Origin: Octopus bimaculoides
Lineage: Eukaryota
Direction of reading: 5' to 3'
Length of the DNA: 55,504 nucleotides
Assembly: GCF_001194135.2 (NCBI RefSeq)
Contig: NC_068984.1
Coordinates: 38,031,377 to 38,086,880 of the forward strand
Of the stretch, positions 11,874 through 24,213 are shown piece after piece (within the stretch, counting starts at the first letter, position 1; the number at the start of each line of letters is the position of its first letter). The translations under genes and the position numbers were made by a program. The notes below the pieces were generated by a model. It searched no databases. It was given only the letters and a program-made list of their open reading frames with translations, and was not told the DNA's origin.

Positions 11874-13505
11874 TATGAAATTGTTAGCAAGAAAGTGGAT
11901 AAAACTCTCCTTCTGTCATACAAAAATTATATATTGACCTTGCTCAATATATAGAAAAGGTGTTGGAAGAAATTCCATCTTTTGTTCCAAGTGCAAGCTA
12001 TGGATACATAAGAGGTGCAGTGGAATCAGGTAGGTTAACAGAAGTTGTCTTTGTATGTGGCAGATACACAGGAACAATAAGCATTAAGGACACATGGGAA
12101 TTAGACTCTCACAAATGTCTGAGAGGCTCTCTCAAGGTTGTAGATAGTTTTTGTTAGCTAGGTGACCAAATCAGAAGTGATGGAAGATGTTCTGAAAGTA
12201 TTGTCACTAGAACAAGAATAGGATGTAGGAAGTTCAGAGAGCTGTTGCCTCTGTTGGTATCAAAAGGACTCTCTCTCAGAGTGAAAGGCAGATTGTATAA
12301 TGCTTGTGTATGAACAACTATACTCTATGGTAGTGAAACATGGACCTTAAATGCAGAAGATATGTGTAGACTAGAGAGAAGTGAAGCTAGTATGCTCTGA
12401 TGGATATGTAATGTCAGTGTGCATGTACAACAAAGTGCAAATGTGCTGAGAAAAAACATGGGCAAAAGAGGACTCAGATGCAGCATGCTAAAGAGAAGAC
12501 TATGTTGGTTTGGACACTTGAGACATATGAATGAAGAGAGCTGTATAAAGAATGCTGGTTGCTTAAAGTGGATAGCACCTGTGGAAAGGGGAGACCCAAG
12601 AAGACATGGGATGAAATAGCAAGGGCCGATCTCAAGATATTGGGCCTCAGAGAGATGACAATAAACCAAGATGTCTGGTGATATGAAGCTCTTGAGGAAA
12701 CTCACTCACTTCAGTGAAACCGAGTTCTGGAAGCATTGTGTTTCACTTTTTTTTATTACCCACAAGGGTCCAACACAGATTGTGCATTGTGTTCCACCCA
12801 CATATAACAGGAAATTTTTCACACAACCTACCTCAATAAACCAAATGACATCTCTTCTTCATGCATTATGCTTATCACTCCCTCCCCACACCTACAGCCC
12901 AATCCTATCCTCCCTGCCCTGCCAACTGTATCACTGCTATGCTGTCATTCCTTGTTATATACCCAAGTTTCACCAGTCACTGCATTCCACCCCACTTTTG
13001 CATTCATGTGAACTCCTTACTCATGCACCCTGGGCAATCCTCTACAATATCATTTATATTCATATCCTTGTATCTTGAGAGTATGCCCTGGCACATTGCC
13101 ACCATCTCACTCATTTACACTCTCTCTCCCTGACTGGGATAACCATGTATCTCCTCTAAAGCAAGACACCTGTTCCTGTCCCTCTGTCCTACTCTAACCT
13201 CACATCACCTGGCACAAAAACACCTCCCTCTCAAAAAACCTTTGTCTTGCAAGTTACTTGGTGGTTGGCATTTGGAAGGACATCCAACCATAAAAACCAT
13301 GCCAAAGCAGACCTTGCGGGTGCTGGTGCCATGTAAAAAGCACCCACTCCACTCTGTAAAGTGCTTGGCATTAGGAAAGGCATCCAGCAGTAAAAACCAT
13401 GCCAAAATGGACAGTGGAGTTTGGTGCAGTCCTCTGGCTTGCCAGCTCCTGTCAAACTCACCAACGCATGCCAGCATGTTAAGTCAGGTATTGAATGATG
13501 ATGAT
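11874..13505 (+). mobile_element. 5'-truncated RTE LINE with long 3' UTR and (ATG)n tail
   Basis: ORF2 remnants (VVDSFC*LGDQI, LPLLVSKGLSLRVKGRLY, RRLCWFGHLRHMNEESC) run into a 3' UTR ending ...catgccagcatg...gatgatgatgatg. Confidence 0.8.
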
Positions 13506-13624
13506 GGTGTGTGTGTGTGTGTGTGTGCGTGTGCATGTATATACATACATAAAAACATATGTACACATACTCATAGACATTTTTAGTCATGCCTGTACAG
13601 GTGGGTAGGTCTGCTCCGGCATGG

Positions 13625-14075
13625 CATGCTATCACTCAATGTGGTCCATTGTCATCTCCAGTATTGATTGTCAATGGGAGTACTCCATACACTGTTTTCA
13701 CGGAGAATCACAACATGGTCCATGACAGTTTTCTTTACTTAGCTCTTTCCCATGCCCATTGACTTCCTATGGTATTGATATTTAGTCAAACAGCAATATG
13801 AGAAATTTCTTAATTTACAGTATCTTGCCTCTGCCTTTGTTATTCCTGTGGTATATGTCCATTTCTTTCATATATGTTTCAGTCCATCCGATGTGTTCTC
13901 TGCCATACCTATCACTGATTTTCATGTCCAGAGTGGTCTCAGCCAAATCAACAACTTTTCTGATGCCCATTTATCTTTCCGTTGAATCTTTGTAGTAGTA
14001 ATACACAATCCAAGCTGCCAAGAGAACACAGAACTAGCTAGCACACTTTTCCATTCTCTTATCAATAGTATTTCA
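13625..14075 (-). mobile_element. Highly decayed RTE-like ORF2 C-terminus
   Basis: Residual KTVMDHVVILRE...W...NQYWR resembles the RTE terminal motif. Many stops and frameshifts. Confidence 0.35.
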
Positions 14076-14269
14076 AACAACTGGAGTGGTAAAAAGCCAT
14101 GTTGCTACACTTACACCTTAAACTTCCCAGCTAAGCTACAGTTGGTCCTGGTTTCAACTTGACCTCAATTTAAATACCCCTTATGGCATCATTAAGGCTG
14201 TTATCTGAATTTTCTCACTTGCAATCTTTTTTTCGAATATAGAAACTAAAAACTTCTACTGAGAACAAC

Positions 14270-17200
14270 CCTTTGATACCAGGAAGAGATAAACTGATGT
14301 TAAATATCTGACACATGGAAATCTAAAGGCAAAATTTTCAATGACACAATGTTACTAAATTAAAAAGGCATAAAAAAAAACCTGAAATTATTTTGTCAGG
14401 TCCATTTTTTATAGGGCTGTAGTAGAAACTAAAAAGGACATTTATATTTAATTTATTTCAAACATGTTAATTAAATGATAGTAATTAATTTTAGATGTTT
14501 TGTACAAAATAGAAAAAAAATCATTATTGATTAATTAAATTTTGTATAAGGGTGTGGATTTCAAGTTATGGTAATGTTATCTTGCTAGTGTTATAACTTC
14601 TATGTACTGGAGGAAATGCGTAAAACATAGTCCAGTGGTACTCGACAGTGAAGGAGCGGTCACTTTTCATAAGCATGCCAGGCTAAGACAATGAAATTAA
14701 TGAACCTTTCCCAGAAACAAAACACTACAAATGTTTAAGCTCACTTGAGACAATGGATCCGGCACCATTTGTACAACCATTCATCTGCTTCTTTAAGGAG
14801 CTGCAACATGATCACCCAACTTGATAGAAATAGCAGCCAAATCTCCTTTAGAACACTGTTGTTATAAAAGTGAGAATGATATATTTATTGAATAATGTAG
14901 TCAGAAATGTTTTATCTTTTACTTGTTTCAGTCATTGGACCATGGTATGCTGGGTCACCACTTTGAAGGGTTTTAGTCAAACAAATCGACTACAGTACTT
15001 ATTCAGTCTCTATACCAAACTGCTAAGTTACTGGGACATAAACCAGCACTGATTGTTAAGCGGTGGGTGGAGAACACAAACAGATACATATACACACACA
15101 ATGGGCTTCCACACAGTTTCCATCTACCAGATTCACGCACAAGGCCTAGGCTATAGTAGAAAACATTTGCCTAAGGTACTGCTCAGTGGGACAGAATGCA
15201 AAACCGTGCGGTTTGAAAGTGAGCTTTTTAACTACACAGCTATACCTTCACTCATGCTTGGAAAGCACCCCAAACATGTTAGCCATGGTTGGAATGCCAT
15301 TGGTCATAGGTCTGTTTGATAAGAGTTGATCTGGGATTAAACAACAATAGCACTACAGTTATAACTAATGTTATTCTTACCTCAATCACTTTAAATACAA
15401 CTTACCCATCTAACATAGGTTAACTGTTTCTGCAAATTTCTACAGTTGCAAAGACTATCAGAGGAGGGTATTTTATAGCTGTTTTAAGAATCAACTGTTT
15501 GAATTATTTTTGAAAGTTTATCTTGTAATTTAACTGAAAATATTCATTGTGTTAGTTTTAATTTATTAAATTAATCATTTCTTTTGCAATTAATAATGAA
15601 AGTAGTATAAAAAGTGTAACTTTATGTAGTAAATTTCCTCAAAATAACCCAGATTCTTGACAAGCTTTCAAGAAGTTAAACCCAAAACATAAAATTGCCA
15701 AACTCTGGGAAAGAGGTTCAAAGTTATGTCAGGTAATGGTGTTAGTAAAGAATATGATGCTTATCAAAGAAATGACTTTCCAAGTGAGTTTTGGGTGGAA
15801 TAGGAATGTATCTATTTATTTACATACCAGACTGCCTTCAATAAGCAGTCTACCTTATCAAATTAATCAACAATAAAAAAGAAAAGGCTTCTTTGTTTAA
15901 CACTGAAAGCTTAGCATGAGCCAACAATGGAGCCTCTATGTAGTCATTTGATTTGGCAGAAATAGCAATCAAATCTCCCTCAAATCACACTTACTGTCTG
16001 AAGAAAGTGAAAGACATTAAATAATATAGTTCGAGAAACCCTAAAAAAAGGGATGGTCACAGCTGGAATGTCTTTGCTCATTGTCATCATTTGGTCATTG
16101 CCCCCCCCCCCACCTACATAATTCAGATAAAAAAAATCAAAAGTCATCATCATCATCATCATTTAATGTCTGCTTTCCATGCTAGCATAGGTTGAACGAT
16201 TTGACTGGGGACTGGCAAACCAGATGGCTACTCCAGACTCCAATCTGATCTGGCAGAGTCTCTACAACTGGATGCCCTTCCTAACCACTCCGAGAGTGTA
16301 GTGGGTGCTTTTTACATGCCACCGGCATGAGGTCCAGTCCGGCAGTACTGGCAATGGCCACGCCCAAATGGTGTTTTATACGTGCCACCTGCACAGGAGT
16401 CAGTCCAATGTTTTGTTCACATGCCACCGGCACGAGTGCCAGTAAGGCGCAGCTGGAAATGATAGCACTCAAATGGTGCTTTTTACGTGCTCTGGCAGTG
16501 ATCCTGCTCGGACGGTGCTGTTAGTGCTTAGATGGTGCTGTTAGTGCTCCACTGGCACGGGTGCCAGTCATCGAATTTGGTTCAGCTTCGATTTCAATTT
16601 CACTTGCTTCAACAGATCTTCGCAAGCAGGGTTTTGTGTCCAAAGAAGGAAAGGTATGCATAAGTGGGCTGGCCACACCCTGGTAAAGGCCACAGGTTAT
16701 GGTCTCACTTGTCTTGCCGGGTCTTTCCAAAGGTCTCGGTCACTAGTCATTGCCTTGGTGAAGCCCAATGTTCGAAGGCCGTGCTTCACCACCTCATCCC
16801 AGGTCTTCCTGGGTCTACTTCTTCCATAGGTACCCTCAGCTGTTGGGCTGTGGCACTTTTTCACACAGCTATCCTCATCCATTCTCGCCAAATGACCATA
16901 CCAGCGTAATCGTCTCTCTTGCACACCACAACTGATGCTTCTAAGGTCCAACTTTTCTCTCAAGGTACTTACACTCTGTCGAGTATGCACACTGACATTA
17001 CACATCCATCGGAGAATACTGGCTTCATTCCTTGTGAGCTTACGCATGTCCTCAGCAGTTACAGCCCATGTTTCACTGCCATGTAGCATGGCTGTTCATA
17101 CACATGCGTCATACTGTCTGCCTTTTACTTTGAGCGAGGCCCTTTGTTACCAGCAGAGGTAAGAGCTCTCTGAACTTTGCCCAGGCTATTCTTATTCTAG

Positions 17201-19777
17201 CAACTACACTTTCAGCGCACCCTCCCCAGCTGCTGAGTTGGTCACCTCGGTAATGGAAGCTATCAACGACTTCTAGTTTTTCTCCCTGGAATGTGACGGA
17301 AGTTGTTCTCTGCACATTTTCACCGTTTATTGCTCCTGAGTATTTGCCACATACAAAAACTATCTTGCTAGTTAGCCTTCCTTTGATATTGCTGCACCTC
17401 TTATGTGTCCATAGCTTACACTGGGTACATCTTATACAGTTTCTACCTACGCCTTTTCTACAGATCAAGCAGGGCCATCTACCTGAAGGGGTTTGTGGTT
17501 TGTCTACCCTCCTACTTATTAGGACTTTGGTTTTAGCTAGGTTGACTCCAAGGCCCTTCGATTCTAGTCCTTGCTTCCACACCTGAAACTTCTCTAGTTC
17601 TGATAGTGACTCAGCAATTAGAGCAAGGTCATCAGCATAGAGGAGCTCCCAAGGACAACCTGTCTTGAATTCCTCTGTTATTGCCTGGGGGACTATGATA
17701 AATAGGAGGGGGCTGAGGACTGAACCTTGGTGGACCCCTACCTCTACCTGGAATTCTGTACTCATTGCCAACCCTCACCTTACTGACAGTGTCCCTGTAC
17801 ATGGCTCACACAGCTCTCACTAACCATTCATGTATCCCTAGTTTCCTCATTGACCACCAGATAAGGGATCGGGGGACCCTGTCAAAGGCTTGCTCCATGT
17901 TAACGAAAGCGAGGTACAGAGGCTTATCTTTGGCTAAATATTTCTCCTGCAGCTGTCTTACCAGAAATATAGCATCAGTGGTGCTTTTCCCTGGCACGAA
18001 CCCAAACTGCATCTCATCTAAGCTGACTCTCTCCCTAATTAGTTGGGCTATGACCCTCAGTTGGGCTAATGAAAATGTTTTGGCCAGGAGCGTATTTTGA
18101 AAGAAAGAAAAAGAAATGTAAAAATTCATAACAAATCTGAAAAAAAATTGTCGGAAAAACTTAGAGTTACAGGAGTGGGAACTTCTCTATCCTCCCTTGT
18201 TCCGTGTAACTCTGAGTCTCTTAGACGTCTGAAAGAGAAGCACCTACTAGCACCCCCACATAATCAACTAAACTGGCCCGATCCCCCAGATTACTTGAGA
18301 TCAGCCTTCACTTCTGATAAAATGAGAAAGGCAATTTCATCCTTCCTTGCTGGTTCAGGTGTGGGAATTGATGGTGGTATCTCTTTATCAGCCGGTGACA
18401 CCAGACTTGAGCTCTTGGAAAATTTGACTCAGCTTGTGAACCAGTTCTCTTCACTCCCCTCTATCTGTCCACTATTCTTCAGTGCAAAATTATTTGGGTT
18501 CACTAAACCCAATGGAGATTTTTTCCCCATTGCAGTTGGCTGCACCCTTCGCTGTCTCACTGCAAAGATGTGCTTACAAATGATAGGTTCTCTCCAACAT
18601 CCCGTAATCAGGATGTATTGCCCAAGTGATTTGGATGTCTTGGTCTTCGTAAGTGTTTGTCCCTCTCTCTCCCCTGTTTCCTTTCCTCCACTCACACTTG
18701 CTCCACCCTGGTGAGCAACATCCTCTCTTCTCCAACATGGACCAGTTTCAACAGGGAGTTGGATGAAGCTCTCCAACACTGGAGGGTATTGAACATGTAG
18801 GTTCCTGAGAAGGTGGAGGACTGTCGGAGTCAGAGAGCTTGGAACAGCATAATTTTGAAGGTCACCTTCAACTCCCTCTTCATCCAGTTGGACCAATTTT
18901 CAAGGTGCCACTTACTGTCTGCTAGCACCAAATACTCAGGTGACTGGATTGATGCCATCCTTATGGCTAATGTTGGTGGCTTATACAGCATGGACAAACT
19001 TCATGTCTCCATTGCTCTCAGAATGGGAGCTGACGTATGCATGGGTTTGATCTGTCGTTGTGACAGGCACCTTGACTCCATAGGTCTCCATGGCCTTTCT
19101 TTCTGCCTGAATGCTGGTCACTTCGCACATCATATGGAGTTGAACCTGATACTCAAGAGGAGCTTGGCCCGGGCAAACATCCCCTCCATCTTGGAACCAT
19201 CGAGACTGTACAGATGTGATGGGAAGAGACCTGACAGCCTCAATCTGTGCCCCTGGTTGCGAGGCAGATGCTTTGTCTGGGATGTCACAGTTAGCAACTT
19301 TTTTGCTTCTTCTCACATCCTGGATGCTGCGGTCAGGGCAAGATCTACAGCTTCTGTCGCCAAGCAGAACAAAATTCTGAAATACCGCGACCTGTCGGCC
19401 AACTACATTTTCCATCCTGTGACATTCAAGAGGTTTGGAAGGTCATACCACTAGCTGTGAGATTCCTGTCTTCACTGGCAACTCCCTTTGCAGAGATATC
19501 TGGTGAGGCTCGTGAGGGCGCTTGGCTGTTCTAGCACATCAACCTCGCCATCACCTGCAGCAACGCTGTAAGCGTGCCTCAATGGCCATTAAAGAGGTTT
19601 CTCAGCGCCCCCAACTTTCCAATCCAAGGTAGTGAATTGTTTTGATTGTTTTTTCTTTTCTTCTCTATTTTCTTTCTCTTTTCTCTTTTTAATCATGTTC
19701 CCTGTTTTGTTTAATTTTGTAAAACGGTAAAGGCCGTGAAGGCAATAAAGTTTTACAGTTATCTTTTAATGCTCCGC

Positions 19778-19811
<34 letters not shown>

Positions 19812-20921
19812 NNNNNNNNNNNNNNNNNNNNNNNNNNNNNNNNNNNNNNNNNNNNNNNNNNNNNNNNNNNNNNNNNNNNNNNNNNNNNNNNNNNNNNNNN
19901 NNNNNNNNNNNNNNNNNNNNNNNNNNNNNNNNNNNNNNNNNNNNNNNNNNNNNNNNNNNNNNNNNNNNNNNNNNNNNNNNNNNNNNNNNNNNNNNNNNNN
20001 NNNNNNNNNNNNNNNNNNNNNNNNNNNNNNNNNNNNNNNNNNNNNNNNNNNNNNNNNNNNNNNNNNNNNNNNNNNNNNNNNNNNNNNNNNNNNNNNNNNN
20101 NNNNNNNNNNNNNNNNNNNNNNNNNNNNNNNNNNNNNNNNNNNNNNNNNNNNNNNNNNNNNNNNNNNNNNNNNNNNNNNNNNNNNNNNNNNNNNNNNNNN
20201 NNNNNNNNNNNNNNNNNNNNNNNNNNNNNNNNNNNNNNNNNNNNNNNNNNNNNNNNNNNNNNNNNNNNNNNNNNNNNNNNNNNNNNNNNNNNNNNNNNNN
20301 NNNNNNNNNNNNNNNNNNNNNNNNNNNNNNNNNNNNNNNNNNNNNNNNNNNNNNNNNNNNNNNNNNNNNNNNNNNNNNNNNNNNNNNNNNNNNNNNNNNN
20401 NNNNNNNNNNNNNNNNNNNNNNNNNNNNNNNNNNNNNNNNNNNNNNNNNNNNNNNNNNNNNNNNNNNNNNNNNNNNNNNNNNNNNNNNNNNNNNNNNNNN
20501 NNNNNNNNNNNNNNNNNNNNNNNNNNNNNNNNNNNNNNNNNNNNNNNNNNNNNNNNNNNNNNNNNNNNNNNNNNNNNNNNNNNNNNNNNNNNNNNNNNNN
20601 NNNNNNNNNNNNNNNNNNNNNNNNNNNNNNNNNNNNNNNNNNNNNNNNNNNNNNNNNNNNNNNNNNNNNNNNNNNNNNNNNNNNNNNNNNNNNNNNNNNN
20701 NNNNNNNNNNNNNNNNNNNNNNNNNNNNNNNNNNNNNNNNNNNNATAGTGAATGACTTTCAAAAATATCATCGTACCATAAGTTTTCAAGTGGAAACACG
20801 AAACCGTTCTTAAAGAAAGGTAAACAAGACATAATGCACAGAACGAAAGGTGGAAGCGGTCAATATCATCCCCCCCCCTCCTCTGAAAAAAAGTCGGCTA
20901 AGTAAAAATGTTGCAGGAAAG

Positions 20922-20954
<33 letters not shown>

Positions 20955-21980
20955 CGTGTGTGTGTGTGTGTGTACGGAATAACATGGCACTTTTTTTTAT
21001 ATAAGTGAAAGAAAGGTTAAGTCTACTTTAAACTGCGTCGAAATACTAGTTTGCATAACTTCTCGTTATGTAACCTAATTCATAACATGAAATGATGAAA
21101 GAAAAATAGATTTAAACGAAAAAAAATTACATTTACATTAAACTTTTAATTTAATTAATTTTTTTTTTTGTCCTACAATCACTGATTATTTTCGTTATTA
21201 TTATGAATGAAAAAAAAAAAAGTGTTGATTCCAACTGCATGTAGATTTAACTTCGTTCCTTTGCATTTCGTACATCCGTCTTCGCAAGTTTACCTCTTGT
21301 TCTTCTAAAGTACCCGTAACTATGGTCTATAAGGGAGGGGTCAGCTAGTATAACGGTCTTCGGCCCGGAGAGCTAAAATGAGGCCAGAGACTATCTACCA
21401 GGCTTTTAAAAAAACAACCGTTATTCCAATTGAGCAAACTTCCTCCAACCATCTAACACAGAACGCAACCTTGTTCCAGCTTGCCAAATTTCTCCTCTCG
21501 CCCCTGCCACTAACATATGGATTGTCAATCCATTTGACTATAATCTGTACATAAATTGGTCCTGTATTTTTAAGTTAGAAGCAAATTATAGTGCTAGGAA
21601 TATTACGAGGGTCACAGATTTTAACAATCACATGAAACTTACATACTAAAGACAAATTTTAGCTTTTAAAAACAAATCGTTATTGGTCAATTTTAAATTG
21701 TTTGAAATGGTTTCCTTGAGGATTTACATCATTTTCTTGAGAAGTGGATCCGGCTTCCGCACTTGACATTAACCAACCAAATATTTACCGGCTCCTCGAA
21801 ATTTCGACAATTGATATACTCCTAAAAAAATTCCCAGAAAAGAAGGCTAAATAACTCTTACAAACATCTAAAAATCATATGAATAAAATAAAAACCAACC
21901 TTCTGTTTCCCTTTTTCTTTGGTACCACCAGATACTTTCGTCTGCTTCCTATCCTGACCTTCACTAATTCTTTAACTGAG
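14270..21980 (-). CDS. Candidate exons of an unidentified minus-strand gene (21900-21980, 15406-15478, 14745-14800, 14270/14280-14322)
   Basis: Canonical GT-AG exons with matching phases (2>2, 2>0, 0>2, 2>) splice to SVKELVKVRIGSRRKYLVVPKKKGNRSYKIPSSDSLCNCRNLQKQLTYVRWLLKEADEWLYKWCRIHCLKFPCVRYLTSVYLFL. The start codon and product were not identified. Confidence 0.45.
14920..15255 (-). mobile_element. SINE (CR1-tailed family)
   Basis: Reverse complement of the 3225-3590 family, including tail and head segments. Confidence 0.65.
16145..18058 (-). mobile_element. 5'-truncated RTE LINE, relatively well preserved
   Basis: ORFs 17806-18129, 17109-17771 and 16697-17089 give QFGFVPGKSTTDAIFLVRQLQEKY, GVHQGSVLSPLLF, LLYADDL, LHGSETW and RRLRWYGH. 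The 3' UTR ends in (ATG)n at about 16145. Confidence 0.92.
18060..19778 (+). mobile_element. CRE-clade non-LTR retrotransposon (RLE endonuclease), 5'-truncated and internally deleted
   Basis: The pre-RT and RT start reads RLKEKH...FFSAKLFGFTKPNG..PIAVGCTLRCLTAK, followed by the post-RT segment LPK*FGCLGLR...LPCFLSS. The zinc knuckle reads CRC...HGLSFC, and the RLE reads EPSRLYRCDGKRPDSL..CPW..G..FVWDVTV...K..KY. An AATAAA signal is followed by (TA)n. Confidence 0.8.
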
Positions 21981-23350
21981 CTAATAACACACATAATAGT
22001 ACGAAAATAATCTTATTTTCTTTCTTTGCAACATAAAAGTAACTTTCAAGACCTACAGTTTTTATCTTAGTTAATATTTTAATGTTCACAAACTATTTTC
22101 CACTAGAAATTCATCAAAATTTTATATTACAAAAATTAAACAAACATGCAAGCATGTATAGTTACGAAAGCAAAACATAAACTAAAATCCTGAGTTCACT
22201 ACTGATCTCATTTCCGGGAAACGTGACATCAGAGTGAGAGGGTGATCAGCTGACAAGTCTACCAAGTCTAGCAGCAGTCCTTGTTTATATATCACGTCAC
22301 AAACTGTGATAGTGTCATAGCAGCAGGTGCTGGTTGTGCGTGCACTCCGTCCCCAGTGCAGACGACAAGTCAACTAGTGTTAACATTAAACTAGCAAGCC
22401 TACTTCTAGATTTACCTGCTGCATTCCAGCTATTTGTTTACTTTGCACAAGCATAATTATTACACCAAATCAAAAACAAAAAATTAGCAAACCGGTGACC
22501 GTATCCACTTGTTTTTCATGATTAATCATCGATAGTTTTTTGTAACTTAATAATTCACGTTCCTAATGTTTTTTATCACATAAATTAACATGCATTTACC
22601 TGCATGTGCACGCATGCATATATAAACATACATATATCTAAAAATTCATATTCATATATAAACATACATATACATTTATAAATAGCAACATAGCTATCCA
22701 GAGACTATCTTCGTCATCGTTATTATTAATGTTGTAGTTGCATTGTCACTGTTACCTTTAAAGCATGCGTTTGAAACTCCACAAGTTAGTACCTATTAAC
22801 CCCTTTTACATGAAGTTATCTCCGAACAAGAAGCTTGCTTTTCGTCCTCTCATCTCCAATAACGCTGCCTCGTGACAACATTGATCGAATGCTAAACTGA
22901 TTCAGACTGGATTGAATAATATGATATAATATGAAAATTACATCAATAATGCAAAGGATATTACTTTGAAAAAATTATTGTGAGGTAAGGCTTAAGCAAA
23001 TAATGTTTTCTTTCTCAACATTCGTCGTTGTTTTCCTACTATAATCCTATTCACATCTAGGACGCATTATAGTGATATTTAATCGGCCCTCTTTACTTTA
23101 TTTTCTCAACCCCTTAAGGATGAAAAGTAAAGCTGCCTCGGCAGGATTTGAACTAAATATCGTCAAGGTATATATTTTGTCCGACACTTTAACAATTCTT
23201 TATTTCACCACTTTAGTTATTATTCGAGGTCAACTTTACATTTTATTTTTATGGGGGTCGATAAAATTGTTACTTGTCAAGTTCTGAGACCGATGTAGTC
23301 AACCGCACCCTTTCCGCCAAAAAGGTTTAGTCTTGTGTCTACAAATAATT
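21200..23350. promoter_or_regulatory. CpG-rich putative bidirectional promoter region
   Basis: CpG is visibly more frequent than in the flanks. Strong donors face outward: minus strand cag|gtaaat at 22416 and plus strand gag|gtaagg at 22984. CpG density was judged by eye. Confidence 0.4.
22850..22984 (+). other. Putative non-coding first exon of STK11IP
   Basis: Strong donor gag|gtaagg in the CpG-rich zone, with no long open frame. The start coordinate is a guess. Confidence 0.3.
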
Positions 23351-23428
23351 CTTAATACTATTATCGGTTCTCTTATAAGCACAAGACCACACAATCTTTC
23401 AGTGTCATACACGCACTCTCTTTGTCTC

Positions 23429-23490
<62 letters not shown>

Positions 23491-23889
23491 GTATATATGT
23501 ATGTATGTATTAAGATGTATATATATCCCGTTGGTGTATCTCTTTGTCTCTAGATCGTCCGATGGTTTCAGAGAATGCTATATAACAATTGTAGGTTTCT
23601 TCAGGTATCTCTGGAATTTGTTTATATATGATAATTTATTTAGAGTGATGCCGTTTATCTCATAACGATTTACTATAGTAACAGCACAAAATCGATGAAA
23701 AATTTAAACCTGATTTATCAATAACATTGCTTTTACTGAGTGAGGACAATTTTAGTTATATTATATAACTTAGTCGTGGTGGTAGTCGCCCACCACCCTG
23801 TTACGTTGTTTGTTTATTCAGTGTTAGCTCTGAAGTATTGTTCAACTGTCTATAATACATGTGCGAAAACAACTTACTGTGTTGTATGT

Positions 23890-24171
23890 GCATATATATA
23901 TATATGTATATGTGTATATATATATGTATATGTGTATATATATATGTATATGTGTATATATATATGTATATGTGTATATATATATGTATATGTGTATATA
24001 TATATGTATATGTGTATATATATATGTATATGTGTATATATATATGTATATGTGTGTATATATATATGTATATGTGTATATATATATGTATATGTGTATA
24101 TATATATGTATATGTGTATATGTATATGTGTATATGTATATGTGTATATATATATGTGTATATGTATACGT

Positions 24172-24212
<41 letters not shown>
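23890..24212. repeat. Compound TA/TG minisatellite, about 18 bp period
   Basis: The unit tatatatatgtatatgtg is repeated many times. Confidence 0.9.

Positions 24213-24213
<1 letters not shown>

Noticed and set aside
14590-14790. YKW-PDP ... TMFYAFPP on the minus strand, reminiscent of the DIRS retrotransposon methyltransferase motif
   Set aside because: It needs a frameshift and an extra segment of about 75 nt, no other DIRS domain is nearby, and the PDP part overlaps a better-supported exon in another frame. A profile search would settle it.
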